The position numbers and the translations under genes are program-made. A stretch of 63,483 nt of DNA, counting the filler, from Octopus bimaculoides (lineage: Eukaryota): the NCBI RefSeq assembly GCF_001194135.2. It is 4 parts of 4 records of this genome, joined end to end, with 100 filler letters (N's around TTAATTAATTAA, not from the genome) between each part and the next. Parts side by side here need not be neighbours in the genome. Positions count along the whole stretch, not along the records: positions 47,811 to 57,680 come from NC_068990.1; positions 57,781 to 63,483 come from NC_069002.1; 2 more parts are not named here. The stretch is one strand, 5' to 3'. The notes under the pieces were generated by a model that did no database searches, was not told where the DNA came from, and was given only the letters and a program-made list of their open reading frames with translations. This document shows positions 52,888 to 63,483 of this stretch, in pieces (the first letter of the stretch is position 1; the number at the start of each line of letters is the position of its first letter).

Positions 52888-52924
52888 CTTCATCATCATC
52901 ATCATCATTATTATCATTGTTACC

Positions 52925-53215
52925 GGAGGACGCGCATGGCCTAGTGGTTAGGGTGTTACACTCAGGATCGTGAGATTGTGGTTTCAATTCTCAGATCGGG
53001 TTCTGCGTTGTGTTCTTGAGCGAAACACTTCATCTCACGTTGATCCGTGACCACTGCGACACCTGACGCGTGGTACACTGTACACCTATTCTGGCAACGC
53101 TGATTTAATGGAAGGAGGGAGCTAATGCACAGCCCATGCATTTAATCACTCTCAACAAATCATTTGTGCAGATCATTCAGCAAAGGCTGAACACTCATAT
53201 ATCATTTTCCATCGT
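52925..53215 (+). mobile_element. tRNA-headed SINE
   Basis: GCATGGCCTAGTGGTTAGGGTG...GGTTTCAATTC head. Confidence 0.75.
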
Positions 53216-53221
53216 TATGCC

Positions 53222-53541
53222 AATATTTGAAACCGCTGAATGGAGGGTTGGGCATGCTGTGGTTGCTGATGCGCAGACATGCGCTCGGGCTACGGCATCT
53301 CCAGCGTTTCCTTAACGGTGAGCAAGTGTGGACGCCGTTTGTCAGACTCACTTTTCCACAGCTCGTCTCTTTGACTGAGCTACAGTCCTGGATTAAGTGT
53401 AGACCAAGGAGGGGCGCCTGGCACCTCGAGTGTCGTCAAGCGCTCACAGCCCTCTGCCAGTCGGGCAGTACGGTCGGTCGGTCGTAGTTTTATTCTAACG
53501 TTCTATAGACAGTTAGTGGAGGGAAAGTGCGACGACACTCT
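53222..53541 (+). pseudogene. Tx1/L1-type LINE ORF2 post-RT fragment
   Basis: PLNGGLGMLWLLMRRHALGLRHL...; the GGLG motif follows RT in L1/Tx1 ORF2. Stop at 53485, then a gap. Confidence 0.75.
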
Positions 53542-54436
53542 NNNNNNNNNNNNNNNNNNNNNNNNNNNNNNNNNNNNNNNNNNNNNNNNNNNNNNNNNNN
53601 NNNNNNNNNNNNNNNNNNNNNNNNNNNNNNNNNNNNNNNNNNNNNNNNNNNNNNNNNNNNNNNNNNNNNNNNNNNNNNNNNNNNNNNNNNNNNNNNNNNN
53701 NNNNNNNNNNNNNNNNNNNNNNNNNNNNNNNNNNNNNNNNNNNNNNNNNNNNNNNNNNNNNNNNNNNNNNNNNNNNNNNNNNNNNNNNNNNNNNNNNNNN
53801 NNNNNNNNNNNNNNNNNNNNNNNNNNNNNNNNNNNNNNNNNNNNNNNNNNNNNNNNNNNNNNNNNNNNNNNNNNNNNNNNNNNNNNNNNNNNNNNNNNNN
53901 NNNNNNNNNNNNNNNNNNNNNNNNNNNNNNNNNNNNNNNNNNNNNNNNNNNNNNNNNNNNNNNNNNNNNNNNNNNNNNNNNNNNNNNNNNNNNNNNNNNN
54001 NNNNNNNNNNNNNNNNNNNNNNNNNNNNNNNNNNNNNNNNNNNNNNNNNNNNNNNNNNNNNNNNNNNNNNNNNNNNNNNNNNNNNNNNNNNNNNNNNNNN
54101 NNNNNNNNNNNNNNNNNNNNNNNNNNNNNNNNNNNNNNNNNNNNNNNNNNNNNNNNNNNNNNNNNNNNNNNNNNNNNNNNNNNNNNNNNNNNNNNNNNNN
54201 NNNNNNNNNNNNNNNNNNNNNNNNNNNNNNNNNNNNNNNNNNNNNNNNNNNNNNNNNNNNNNNNNNNNNNNNNNNNNNNNNNNNNNNNNNNNNNNNNNNN
54301 NNNNNNNNNNNNNNNNNNNNNNNNNNNNNNNNNNNNNNNNNNNNNNNNNNNNNNNNNNNNNNNNNNNNNNNNNNNNNNNNNNNNNNNNNNNNNNNNNNNN
54401 NNNNNNNNNNNNNNNNNNNNNNNNNNNNNNNNNNNN

Positions 54437-54488
<52 letters not shown>

Positions 54489-55622
54489 GTTTACAGAATT
54501 GGTAGATTGAGAAAAAAATGCCTTGTGTTGTTTATTCTGCCTCTTTACATTCAGAGTTGAATTCCTACCAATATCAACTTCATCTTTCATCCTTACCCAA
54601 GTTCTGGGGTCGATGAAATCGACTAACACTCTACCCACAAAATTTGAGGTCTTGTGCCTAAATTAGAAACCATTATTTTTTTTTTTTATTATTGACGCTG
54701 ATTCATTTCATTCCGCTCTGTATGTTTGAGAATAATTCTGGTTTGCTTTGCTCTTTTAGGAGTTTGGTCTTGTTAATGATTCTGCATAATTTTGTAGCGA
54801 CGAACTACAGAAAACGTGCCGTTCGTTTGTTTCCGGTCAATTGGAATATTGTTTTTGAATGCGGCAATATTCTTCGCCAGTCAATAAGAGGTGTAGAAGG
54901 TGTTTAGGGAGAGGAGGAAGACTTTACCACACAAAACTTCTCTCTCTGCCATACAAAGACTTTCTTCTCTAGCAACTTCCATAGGCATACTTAAGGTGAA
55001 AATTTTCTATGCAGGAACAGCAACAACAATAAGATTGTACATATGCATACATACATATATGCATGCATGCATACACACATACATAGTACGTACATGCATA
55101 CATGCATACAAACATACATACATACATACATACATACATACATACATACATACATACGTGTGTATCGGTGTGTGAATGAATAAGAAAGGATTGAAAATGC
55201 GCTAAATTTTTATATAAATATATATTTGTTTGAATAAAAGATTTAATTTAACACAGGAGACAAATAATTTTATCATATACTTATATAACTGAAAAGAAAA
55301 ATACAAAAATATGCTTTCACATAGCAAATTTTTTTATATAGCAGTTATACTGAAAAAGAGTATTAGTGAATGAATTCACACGGTGTGTTTTACACGCGCG
55401 CGCACACACACACACATCACACCACACTCATACGCACGCACGGACGCGTGCAAAAGAGAAAATAAATTCACGTATTACTGAAAAGTTCTCGTATAAAATA
55501 ATTTTCCTGAATAAACTTTTGTGCATGTTGTGGCTCAAAGTGTTTTACAGCAGAAGCAAATCCATATTATACTGACAGCGATCGGCTTCGGCTGTAGTTC
55601 CGCTTATGATAGTTCAAAGTGC

Positions 55623-55655
<33 letters not shown>

Positions 55656-55689
55656 CTGTAAAAATATGTGACACTTATTCAGTAGCCAT

Positions 55690-55751
55690 GATAAAACTCC
55701 GAGTTTCCGATGCCCGGGCGGTGTTCCGCACCAACCATCTCTTCAGTTATC
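55690..55751 (-). ncRNA. Type I hammerhead ribozyme motif
   Basis: Stem I GAUAA/UUAUC, CUGAAGA, stem II GAUG/CAUC, GAAA, stem III ACUC/GAGU, GUU triplet. Confidence 0.7.
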
Positions 55752-55881
55752 CAGCCACCGGAGGTTCTATTTGAAAAACAACCGTTATGGTTGTATATAT
55801 ATATATATATATATATACATACATACATATGCATATACATACATACACACACACATACACACATACATACATACATACACT

Positions 55882-55977
<96 letters not shown>

Positions 55978-56521
55978 CGTATTTGTTTTGCAAGATTCCT
56001 GATAGATGCAAAATTGTGTGTTGGAACAGATACTGTTCTATTTTCGGGATGATCATTTTGTTTGTTTTTTTTGTTTTGTTTTTCCAAATGAATACACGCA
56101 CTATAAATTCTTCACTTCAAATGTACTTTATTATTGTTTTTATTCTATGTCCTTCGAAAATCTTTCGTCACATGTCCTGTGAACTCTTCATCAACTCTTT
56201 ATCCCACGTGTCTCCTCCTGTTCTGTTATGTTCATTCTGTCTTTTTGTGGTATGTATCCTTAATCTGCACATGCATTTGCGTCAGTATCTGTGTGCGCAT
56301 GCGTTTGCGCATGCGTGTGCGCGCGCGTGTCTATGTGTTTTCTATGTGTGTGTATATGGGTTTATTTACTATACTTTTTGTATCCGTGCCCTTTATTTTA
56401 TTCTAATTCGTCTAGTTTTTTTCCATTTCATGTTAGGTATGTGTGTTTGCGTCTTTTGTGTGGTGGGAGGAGGTTGTGTACTATATAGTTTGTATCTGTC
56501 TTTTCCCCCTCACTCTACTAT

Positions 56522-56680
56522 AGCATACGGTCTGCTGAGTGACTTTGCAGAAACAAGACAACAGCATATAGTGAGGAGACACTACGTAGCATAAGAGAGT
56601 GAACAAATGTTCACCGGCGGGAGCTCAAAGAGGAGAGAAGTTCGTCCGTGCTCTACCAACATGCTCAATTAGAAAATAGA
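56522..56680 (+). pseudogene. Possible GIY-YIG endonuclease remnant (Penelope-like)
   Basis: LC...AYSEETLRSIRE*TNVHRRELKEERSSSVLYQH resembles C...YIGETxRSxxERxxEH...SxLxxH. Confidence 0.4.
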
Positions 56681-56714
56681 GGCTCAGTTAATAACGGATG
56701 TTAAGGTATTCTTT

Positions 56715-56925
56715 TTTACTCTCGGCACAAGGCCCCGAATTTTTCGGGAGGGGTCAGTCAATCAGATCGACACCAGTACGCGACTGGTAATTTATCGATC
56801 CCAAAAGGATCAAAGACAAAGTCGACCTCGGCGGAATTTGATCTCAGAATTTGAACTCAGAAGACAGACGAAATACTGCTAAGGATTTCGCCCGGCGTAC
56901 TAACGTTTCTGCCAGTACACCGTCT
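56715..56925 (-). mobile_element. SINE family D
   Basis: Matches the other D copies. Confidence 0.8.
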
Positions 56926-57272
56926 TTAGATGTTAAGGTATTATCAACGCATAGAACAGACACGACACTTAGACAGATTACAGAGGCCACACACATAAAA
57001 ATAGACAGACCGAGTCTCAGCAGAAAACACAAATGAAACAATAGTAAGGTTGGCCCGTTGAATTACAGGCAAAAATCATTTTTGCCAGCTGAATGAAATA
57101 GAGTGTCTTGTTCAAGGACACAACACGCCGCTGTGAATCTAACTCACTGCGTTACGACCGTGAACCGAATGCTCCTAAACACTAAGCCCCGCGCTTTTAC
57201 TGTATATATAAATATACTATACTATATTATGATTTAATACGTATATATACATACATTCACACAAACTCACAG

Positions 57273-57303
<31 letters not shown>

Positions 57304-57640
57304 AATACGTACACACACGCACGCACACATATACACACATAACCACGCATGCAATCAGGAGCGCGCACACTCACAAACACACACACACACACACGTTTAT
57401 ATATGATAAACATACAATGATGCAGAGAAAACATACCAGCTGGATAGGAGGCGAAGGCTATTAGCTTTTTGAATGCCACAACAATTTATAAAAGATTTCT
57501 GAGTTTACCAGAGAATCCAGTATAGCTGAGTCATAAAATGCAAACCATTACAAATGGCGCCAACTGGTTGCAATTCGATACACATTGATTTAACAATCTG
57601 TTTCTTGCTTAGAATCCTAGATATATTCGTATTACCCCTA

Positions 57641-57680
<40 letters not shown>

Positions 57681-57780
57681 NNNNNNNNNNNNNNNNNNNN
57701 NNNNNNNNNNNNNNNNNNNNNNNNTTAATTAATTAANNNNNNNNNNNNNNNNNNNNNNNNNNNNNNNNNNNNNNNNNNNN

Positions 57781-57814
<34 letters not shown>

Positions 57815-57851
57815 GCTGGTACCATTCAAAGTTTGGTGAAAAATCTTATGT

Positions 57852-57942
57852 GGCGGAGAGAGAACGTAAGTTCGTTTGCCCGAATATGAGAAATCAATAA
57901 TTTCTCATGTTCGGGCAAACGAACCTACGTTCTCTCTCCGCC
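57852..57942. repeat. Near-perfect hairpin: 43-bp stem, 5-nt loop
   Basis: Arms 57852-57894 and 57900-57942; only A57869:C57925 and T57885:G57909 are non-Watson-Crick. Confidence 0.95.
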
Positions 57943-58884
57943 TCTTTTTGCTACAATATATATATATACATATATATGTACGTATGTACGTATGTACGTA
58001 TGTATGTATATGTCAATGCAATTGAAATAATTGTTGGATTTAAGGTGTCCTCTAAAATAGGGATATGATTTTTTTCGTACATATTGTTGATTGTTACATA
58101 TGTATGTATTGTATGTATGCATGTATGTATGTATGTATGTATGCATGCATGCATGTGAGCATGTATGCATATGTGTGCGTGTGTGTATACAGTGGGCTTC
58201 CGCACAGTTTTCGTTTATGAAATGCACTTACAAGCCATTCACCGTCCCCGGGCTGTAGAAAACATCCCAGGTTCCGTATAGTGGGACTGAACCCAAAACA
58301 CCTAGGTGACAATGTGTGCTTCTGAACAACAAAGCCAAGTCTATTTAAGTTATTATTATCATTATTGTTTTGAAGCTGATTTTCGCCTTTTACGTAATGT
58401 GTTTACGAAACCAAACCTCCTCATTTTCACAAGATATCCACTCCCTTCTATAGACCCTTTCAATAACCCCCACCTGTTTACTAAACAACTAAAACCTTCT
58501 CTGTTTTACAGTTTTTATTTTTGTTTTTGATTTGTCTTGTGTTCTTGGAAAATAATTTATATCGAAAACAAAACGTCATCAGTAGCAAGAAGAAAATATT
58601 TTTTAATAAATTACGCCACCCCTTCCGCCTTTCCTTCTCCTCCTTCTCCTCTTTCTCTGCCCACCCTCTCCCTCTTCCTCTGGCTTTTTTCCTTTCTTTT
58701 TCCCTCTGCCACCCGGCTCATCGCAAAAATACAAACACAAGCTCGGTTGTGACCTAAAATGTCGGCGGTGGGGTGCTGGGGTGCTGGGACGAATGGTGCC
58801 GAGGTGTGTGGCAGAGGGAGGGTGGACGGTTGGGCATTATGGACTTATGGAGGAAATGATTTATGGTGTAGTGTGTAAGTGTGT

Positions 58885-58923
<39 letters not shown>

Positions 58924-59424
58924 AGAAAATGATGATGATGTAGATTAGCGGCAAGACAATCCAACCATGGCCGTCCAAACGTTTTCTTACTATCCAACAC
59001 GTACTATTTCTCTAATATTAAGGCGGAAAGCTGGCTGAATCGATAATACGCCGGACTAAATGCTCAGCAGCATTTCGTTCAAATTCGGCTATATTTAAGC
59101 ACGGAAGGGATGAAAAGTAGAGTTGACCTCACCGGAATTCGACCTTAGAATGTAAAGTGCAGGAAGAAATGCGGCTAAGCATTTTGTCCGACGTGCTGCG
59201 ATTCTGTGGGGAATATATACGCTGTGGAAACAGGGAAACCGGCCCTTATGAGTCAGTATGACCCGGGAAGGGACTTTACTCCTTTTTCACAATGCTTATA
59301 CCCGGTTCAATAAAACCAACTTCCCGTCTAAATTACACCTTCCAAATATAGATTCATAGGTAGCCCTTGTCAAAGACTTCCTACTCTTGGCTGAATGGGA
59401 ATTATTATTCTTGCGTGGACAATA

Positions 59425-59464
59425 CTTTACTCCGGCAGTGTACTCTTTACTCCGGCAGTGTACT
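59425..59464. repeat. Exact 20-bp tandem duplication
   Basis: CTTTACTCCGGCAGTGTACT twice. Confidence 0.9.
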
Positions 59465-60699
59465 GTTCACTCCTGGTTTAATTTTTTCTCAGTGAACAAC
59501 TCACATGAATAACACATATTCATGTTTGAATATGTAGTTTCCATAACTGACATGAAATATATACTGGGATAATTCTTTCCTCCATAGGCACAAGGCCTGA
59601 AATTTTGTGTAGTGGGCGTCTGATCGATTACAATGGTCCCTTTATTCAACGGGTACTTATTTTATCGACTACAAATGATGTAGTTCTAGTTATTAGTGGG
59701 GATGCGATGGATTGGGGGAAGAATTTATATTAACCCCGAAAGCTTGGCCTGAGTGCTTACAACAGATTAAGCAATTATCGATAAAGGCACTAAAGGAGAT
59801 GGGGGAAATCCGGGGTTAAAGGGTGCGACGGATTAACCTTACAACCTGCGAAAACACAATCAGAATCCTATCCCTGCTGGGCCCCACCAAAAACTAAAAA
59901 AAAGAAACAAGAACAAGCAGAAAACGAAAGAAGGATCCACCCGCAGCGGCACTTGAATAAGTAAGTTCTACTCAGAAAGCTTTTGGGGTTGAATTCGAAG
60001 ATAGGGTAGTAGATAATCGCCCACGGGGTTTACGCAGTAGGAATTTCACCCGGAAACCAAACTTGCGTCACGTGACCGGCTGTTGTTGATAAACAATAAT
60101 ATCGAATAACAAAAACATGTTTTTCCTTTTTTAAAATTTTTGTGGAGGGGAATAATCCTATCCTAATGGTGTTAGAATCGTGACGCAGGTGATTAGGTTG
60201 TTGTTCTTATTGATGGTGATGATGATGATGACGGTGAAGTTGTTGTTGACATATTGCTATCGCAACAGTCAACGCTGCTGCTGCTGCTACTGCTACTGCT
60301 GTTGTTGTCAACATTGCTGTCGTTATTGTGGTAAATATTGTTTTGTGTAAATGATGTTGATAATGTCATTTTTTGTTGTGAGCGTTGTTTGTATCTGGTT
60401 TGAAGAATTTTTTTTTTTGCTACCCTTATCCTTAGAGCATTGGACAAAACAGCTTGAAGTGTTTAGTTTGGACATTTTATGCTCTGTGTTCAAATCCCGC
60501 CCTACGTCAGATTCGCTTTACGTTCCTTCACTATCGATAAAAATAAAGTATTTTCTAAACATTGATATCAATTTAATTGAAACTAACGCTTCCTTAATCT
60601 TCACATCTAGCACTTATATCAAAGACATTTTAAGGATTAGCAGGATCCTTACTTTCTAAGGACTTGGGTCTGCCGTGGACCCTGGAGCTTCATTCAGTT

Positions 60700-60895
60700 T
60701 TTATGGTTCTATATTTAAGAGATGAGGAATTATGTACATCATGTACATTATTTACATTTGACGGATATTTGTCCTCATTTTGTCTGTTCTTAACATAACG
60801 TTTCGGCTGATATACCCTCTAGCCTTCATCAGGTGTTTTGGGGAAATTTCGAACCTGGGTTCTCATTCCTACGGTATTTTTCGATCTTATTATTA
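60700..60895 (-). mobile_element. Family E Penelope-like pLTR repeat with minimal hammerhead (60792-60837)
   Basis: Minus strand reads AACAC-CTGATGA-A-GGCT..AGCC-GAAA-CGTT-ATGTT; (ATT)n flank. Confidence 0.75.
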
Positions 60896-61786
60896 TTAAT
60901 ATTATTATTATTATTATTATCATTATTATTATTATTATTATTATTCNNNNNNNNNNNNNNNNNNNNNNNNNNNNNNNNNNNNNNNNNNNNNNNNNNNNNN
61001 NNNNNNNNNNNNNNNNNNNNNNNNNNNNNNNNNNNNNNNNNNNNNNNNNNNNNNNNNNNNNNNNNNNNNNNNNNNNNNNNNNNNNNNNNNNNNNNNNNNN
61101 NNNNNNNNNNNNNNNNNNNNNNNNNNNNNNNNNNNNNNNNNNNNNNNNNNNNNNNNNNNNNNNNNNNNNNNNNNNNNNNNNNNNNNNNNNNNNNNNNNNN
61201 NNNNNNNNNNNNNNNNNNNNNNNNNNNNNNNNNNNNNNNNNNNNNNNNNNNNNNNNNNNNNNNNNNNNNNNNNNNNNNNNNNNNNNNNNNNNNNNNNNNN
61301 NNNNNNNNNNNNNNNNNNNNNNNNNNNNNNNNNNNNNNNNNNNNNNNNNNNNNNNNNNNNNNNNNNNNNNNNNNNNNNNNNNNNNNNNNNNNNNNNNNNN
61401 NNNNNNNNNNNNNNNNNNNNNNNNNNNNNNNNNNNNNNNNNNNNNNNNNNNNNNNNNNNNNNNNNNNNNNNNNNNNNNNNNNNNNNNNNNNNNNNNNNNN
61501 NNNNNNNNNNNNNNNNNNNNNNNNNNNNNNNNNNNNNNNNNNNNNNNNNNNNNNNNNNNNNNNNNNNNNNNNNNNNNNNNNNNNNNNNNNNNNNNNNNNN
61601 NNNNNNNNNNNNNNNNNNNNNNNNNNNNNNNNNNNNNNNNNNNNNNNNNNNNNNNNNNNNNNNNNNNNNNNNNNNNNNNNNNNNNNNNNNNNNNNNNNNN
61701 NNNNNNNNNNNNNNNNNNNNNNNNNNNNNNNNNNNNNNNNNNNNNNNNNNNNNNNNNNNNNNNNNNNNNNNNNNNNNNNNNNNNNN

Positions 61787-61828
<42 letters not shown>

Positions 61829-62134
61829 CACATATACGCACACAACACGCACGCACACTCTTACACTCACACATGCTCACACCACACTCACACACTTGCG
61901 CTTGTGCGTGTGTATTAATTTCGTTCCTCTTTAATGTCAGCAAACGCCATGTGTGAATATCGCCATTACGGAACGGATTATAAATAGCAATTTCCTGTTC
62001 TTTGCAGTAATGGATGAATCATATGTTACATAACGTGTACTAACACGAACTGACGACCAACCCCCTAGCTGGCCATTCAAATTGCTAGAAATAGCGGCCA
62101 ACAACTCTCTCACGTAACACTCATCTTTTAAGAA

Positions 62135-62515
62135 AGTTGTTGTTGGCACTCTGTCGCTTACGACGTCGAGGGTTCCAGTTGATCCGATCAACGGAATAGC
62201 CTGCTCGTGAAATTAACGTGCAAGTGGCTGAGCACTCCACAGACACGTGTACCCGTAACGTAGTTTTTGGGGATATTCAGCGTGACACAGTGTGACAAGG
62301 CTAACCCTTTGAATTACAGGCACAACAGGAAGTAAGAGTGAGAGAAAGTTGTGGTGGAAGAGTACAGCAGGGTTCGCCACCATCCCCTGCCGGAGCCTTG
62401 TGGAGCTTTAGGTGTTTTCGCTCAATAAACACGCACAACGTCCAGTCTGGGAATCGAAACCGCGATCCTATGACCGCGAGTTCACTGCCCTAAACACTGG
62501 GCCATTGCGCCTCCA
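62135..62515 (-). mobile_element. SINE family C with 10-bp TSD
   Basis: CTTTTAAGAA at 62125-62134 and 62516-62525; inserted into an older repeat. Confidence 0.92.
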
Positions 62516-63139
62516 CTTTTAAGAAGGTATGCATTGGATAGTGTAGTCCTAGATAAACAAGGGATCAAGAGCAACAAATTACGAAGTAGTCTGTTCTAAG
62601 TTACACTCATCTTGAGTGTGCCTTGTCCCTCCTCTTTGGCCCACCACGTGACTGAGAGCCAGGTAAGTGCACTACATGTTTACACCATCGCAGTTTTCCA
62701 TCCAAATACATACATTCACCATTAAAAATCCATTAATTCCTCACGAAAACATCATTAATTCACCATTAATACACCATTAGTTCCTCATGAATATGCCATC
62801 ATAAATTTACGATCAATATATAACTTAACTCTTTCGTTTAATATTCTTCCAATTTTTCTTCCAATCTTTTAATATTTTTTTCCAATTGTCATTGAATATT
62901 AATGCATTTATTCCTTCAACATTTTGCCATTTCTCCTATAATTATTTAAAATTTCTCTTCAAATTCTACGAAACTGCTATTTTCACTTTTTATTCTTTAT
63001 TTTAATTTATGGAAATTTAAAATTGCTATAAATATTTACTTATTCATTCAACTTATCTCCATTTTCTAAAACATTTTTTTCTTTTTCGATTTCTTCATTT
63101 TATATTCTTCATATTTCATATCTTTCAATTTTCTTTAAG

Positions 63140-63290
63140 GCGGTTCAAAGTCCGTGAGGTCGACTTTGCCTTTCATCCTTTCGGGGTCGATAAATTAAGT
63201 ACCAGTTACGTACAAGGGTCGATCTAATCGACTGGCCTCCTCCCTAAAAATTTCGGGTCTTGTACCTAAATAAGAAAAGAACATTGTAAT
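63140..63290 (+). mobile_element. SINE family D, 5'-truncated
   Basis: GAGGTCGACTTTGCCTTTCATCCTTTCGGGGTCGATAAATTAAGTACCAG. Confidence 0.85.
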
Positions 63291-63483
63291 TTTCCTCCTT
63301 CATCTTTTCTTTTTTTTTTTTTGTCGATATACTTACAAAACAATTTCAACTTATCTTCAATAGTTCTTGAATATCACGTGCCTTCTTTAGCATACCTTTA
63401 TTGTAAAATGAACAGGTATTTCAATTCTTTTATATATTTACTTGTTTCAATCACTGGATTGCGGCTAGGCTGGAGCATCGCAT

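Noticed and set aside
58836-58866. Hox-cluster identity or Hox-associated miRNAs (miR-10, miR-993)
   Set aside because: I found no homeobox or mature miRNA sequence by eye; the AGCTCGTCTC match at 53.36 kb lies inside the LINE ORF2.
10104-61956. Long ORFs (150-415 aa) in the ORF track
   Set aside because: They run through N gaps and microsatellites (poly-X, CV, HT, YI repeats) and are not coding evidence.
63420-63483. Gene start at the terminal CAT (minus-strand ATG)
   Set aside because: The frame closes after 10 codons and the sequence is a SINE A tail.

Overview
Eukaryotic, AT-rich, gap-ridden genomic DNA. The repeat families strongly resemble those I recall from octopus/coleoid cephalopod genomes (inference, no database search). 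I cannot support any intact protein-coding gene. The ORF track consists almost entirely of microsatellite read-through, N-gap artefacts and decayed transposon ORFs. The window is a mosaic of several tRNA-headed and RTE-tailed SINE families, decayed LINE fragments (CR1/Crack, RTE, NeSL/R4-type REL, Tx1/L1), mariner and piggyBac-type MITEs, Penelope-like remnants and abundant microsatellites. The most interesting signals are: (i) hammerhead-ribozyme cores with correct stem topology in two small repeat families (55.7 kb; 31.9 and 60.8 kb), next to Penelope-like hallmarks (GIY-YIG remnant, inverted pseudo-LTR arrangement); (ii) weaker type II hammerhead-like (8.2 kb) and HDV-like (34.9 kb) folds; (iii) a near-perfect 43-bp-stem hairpin at 57.9 kb; (iv) a SINE whose 5' end is a variable array of 62-nt hairpin-bearing monomers; (v) a perfect 122-bp inverted duplication at the window start whose breakpoint is a splice-acceptor-like site; (vi) a sharp CpG-poor to CpG-rich transition at about 28.4 kb, suggesting a methylated gene body on the left.
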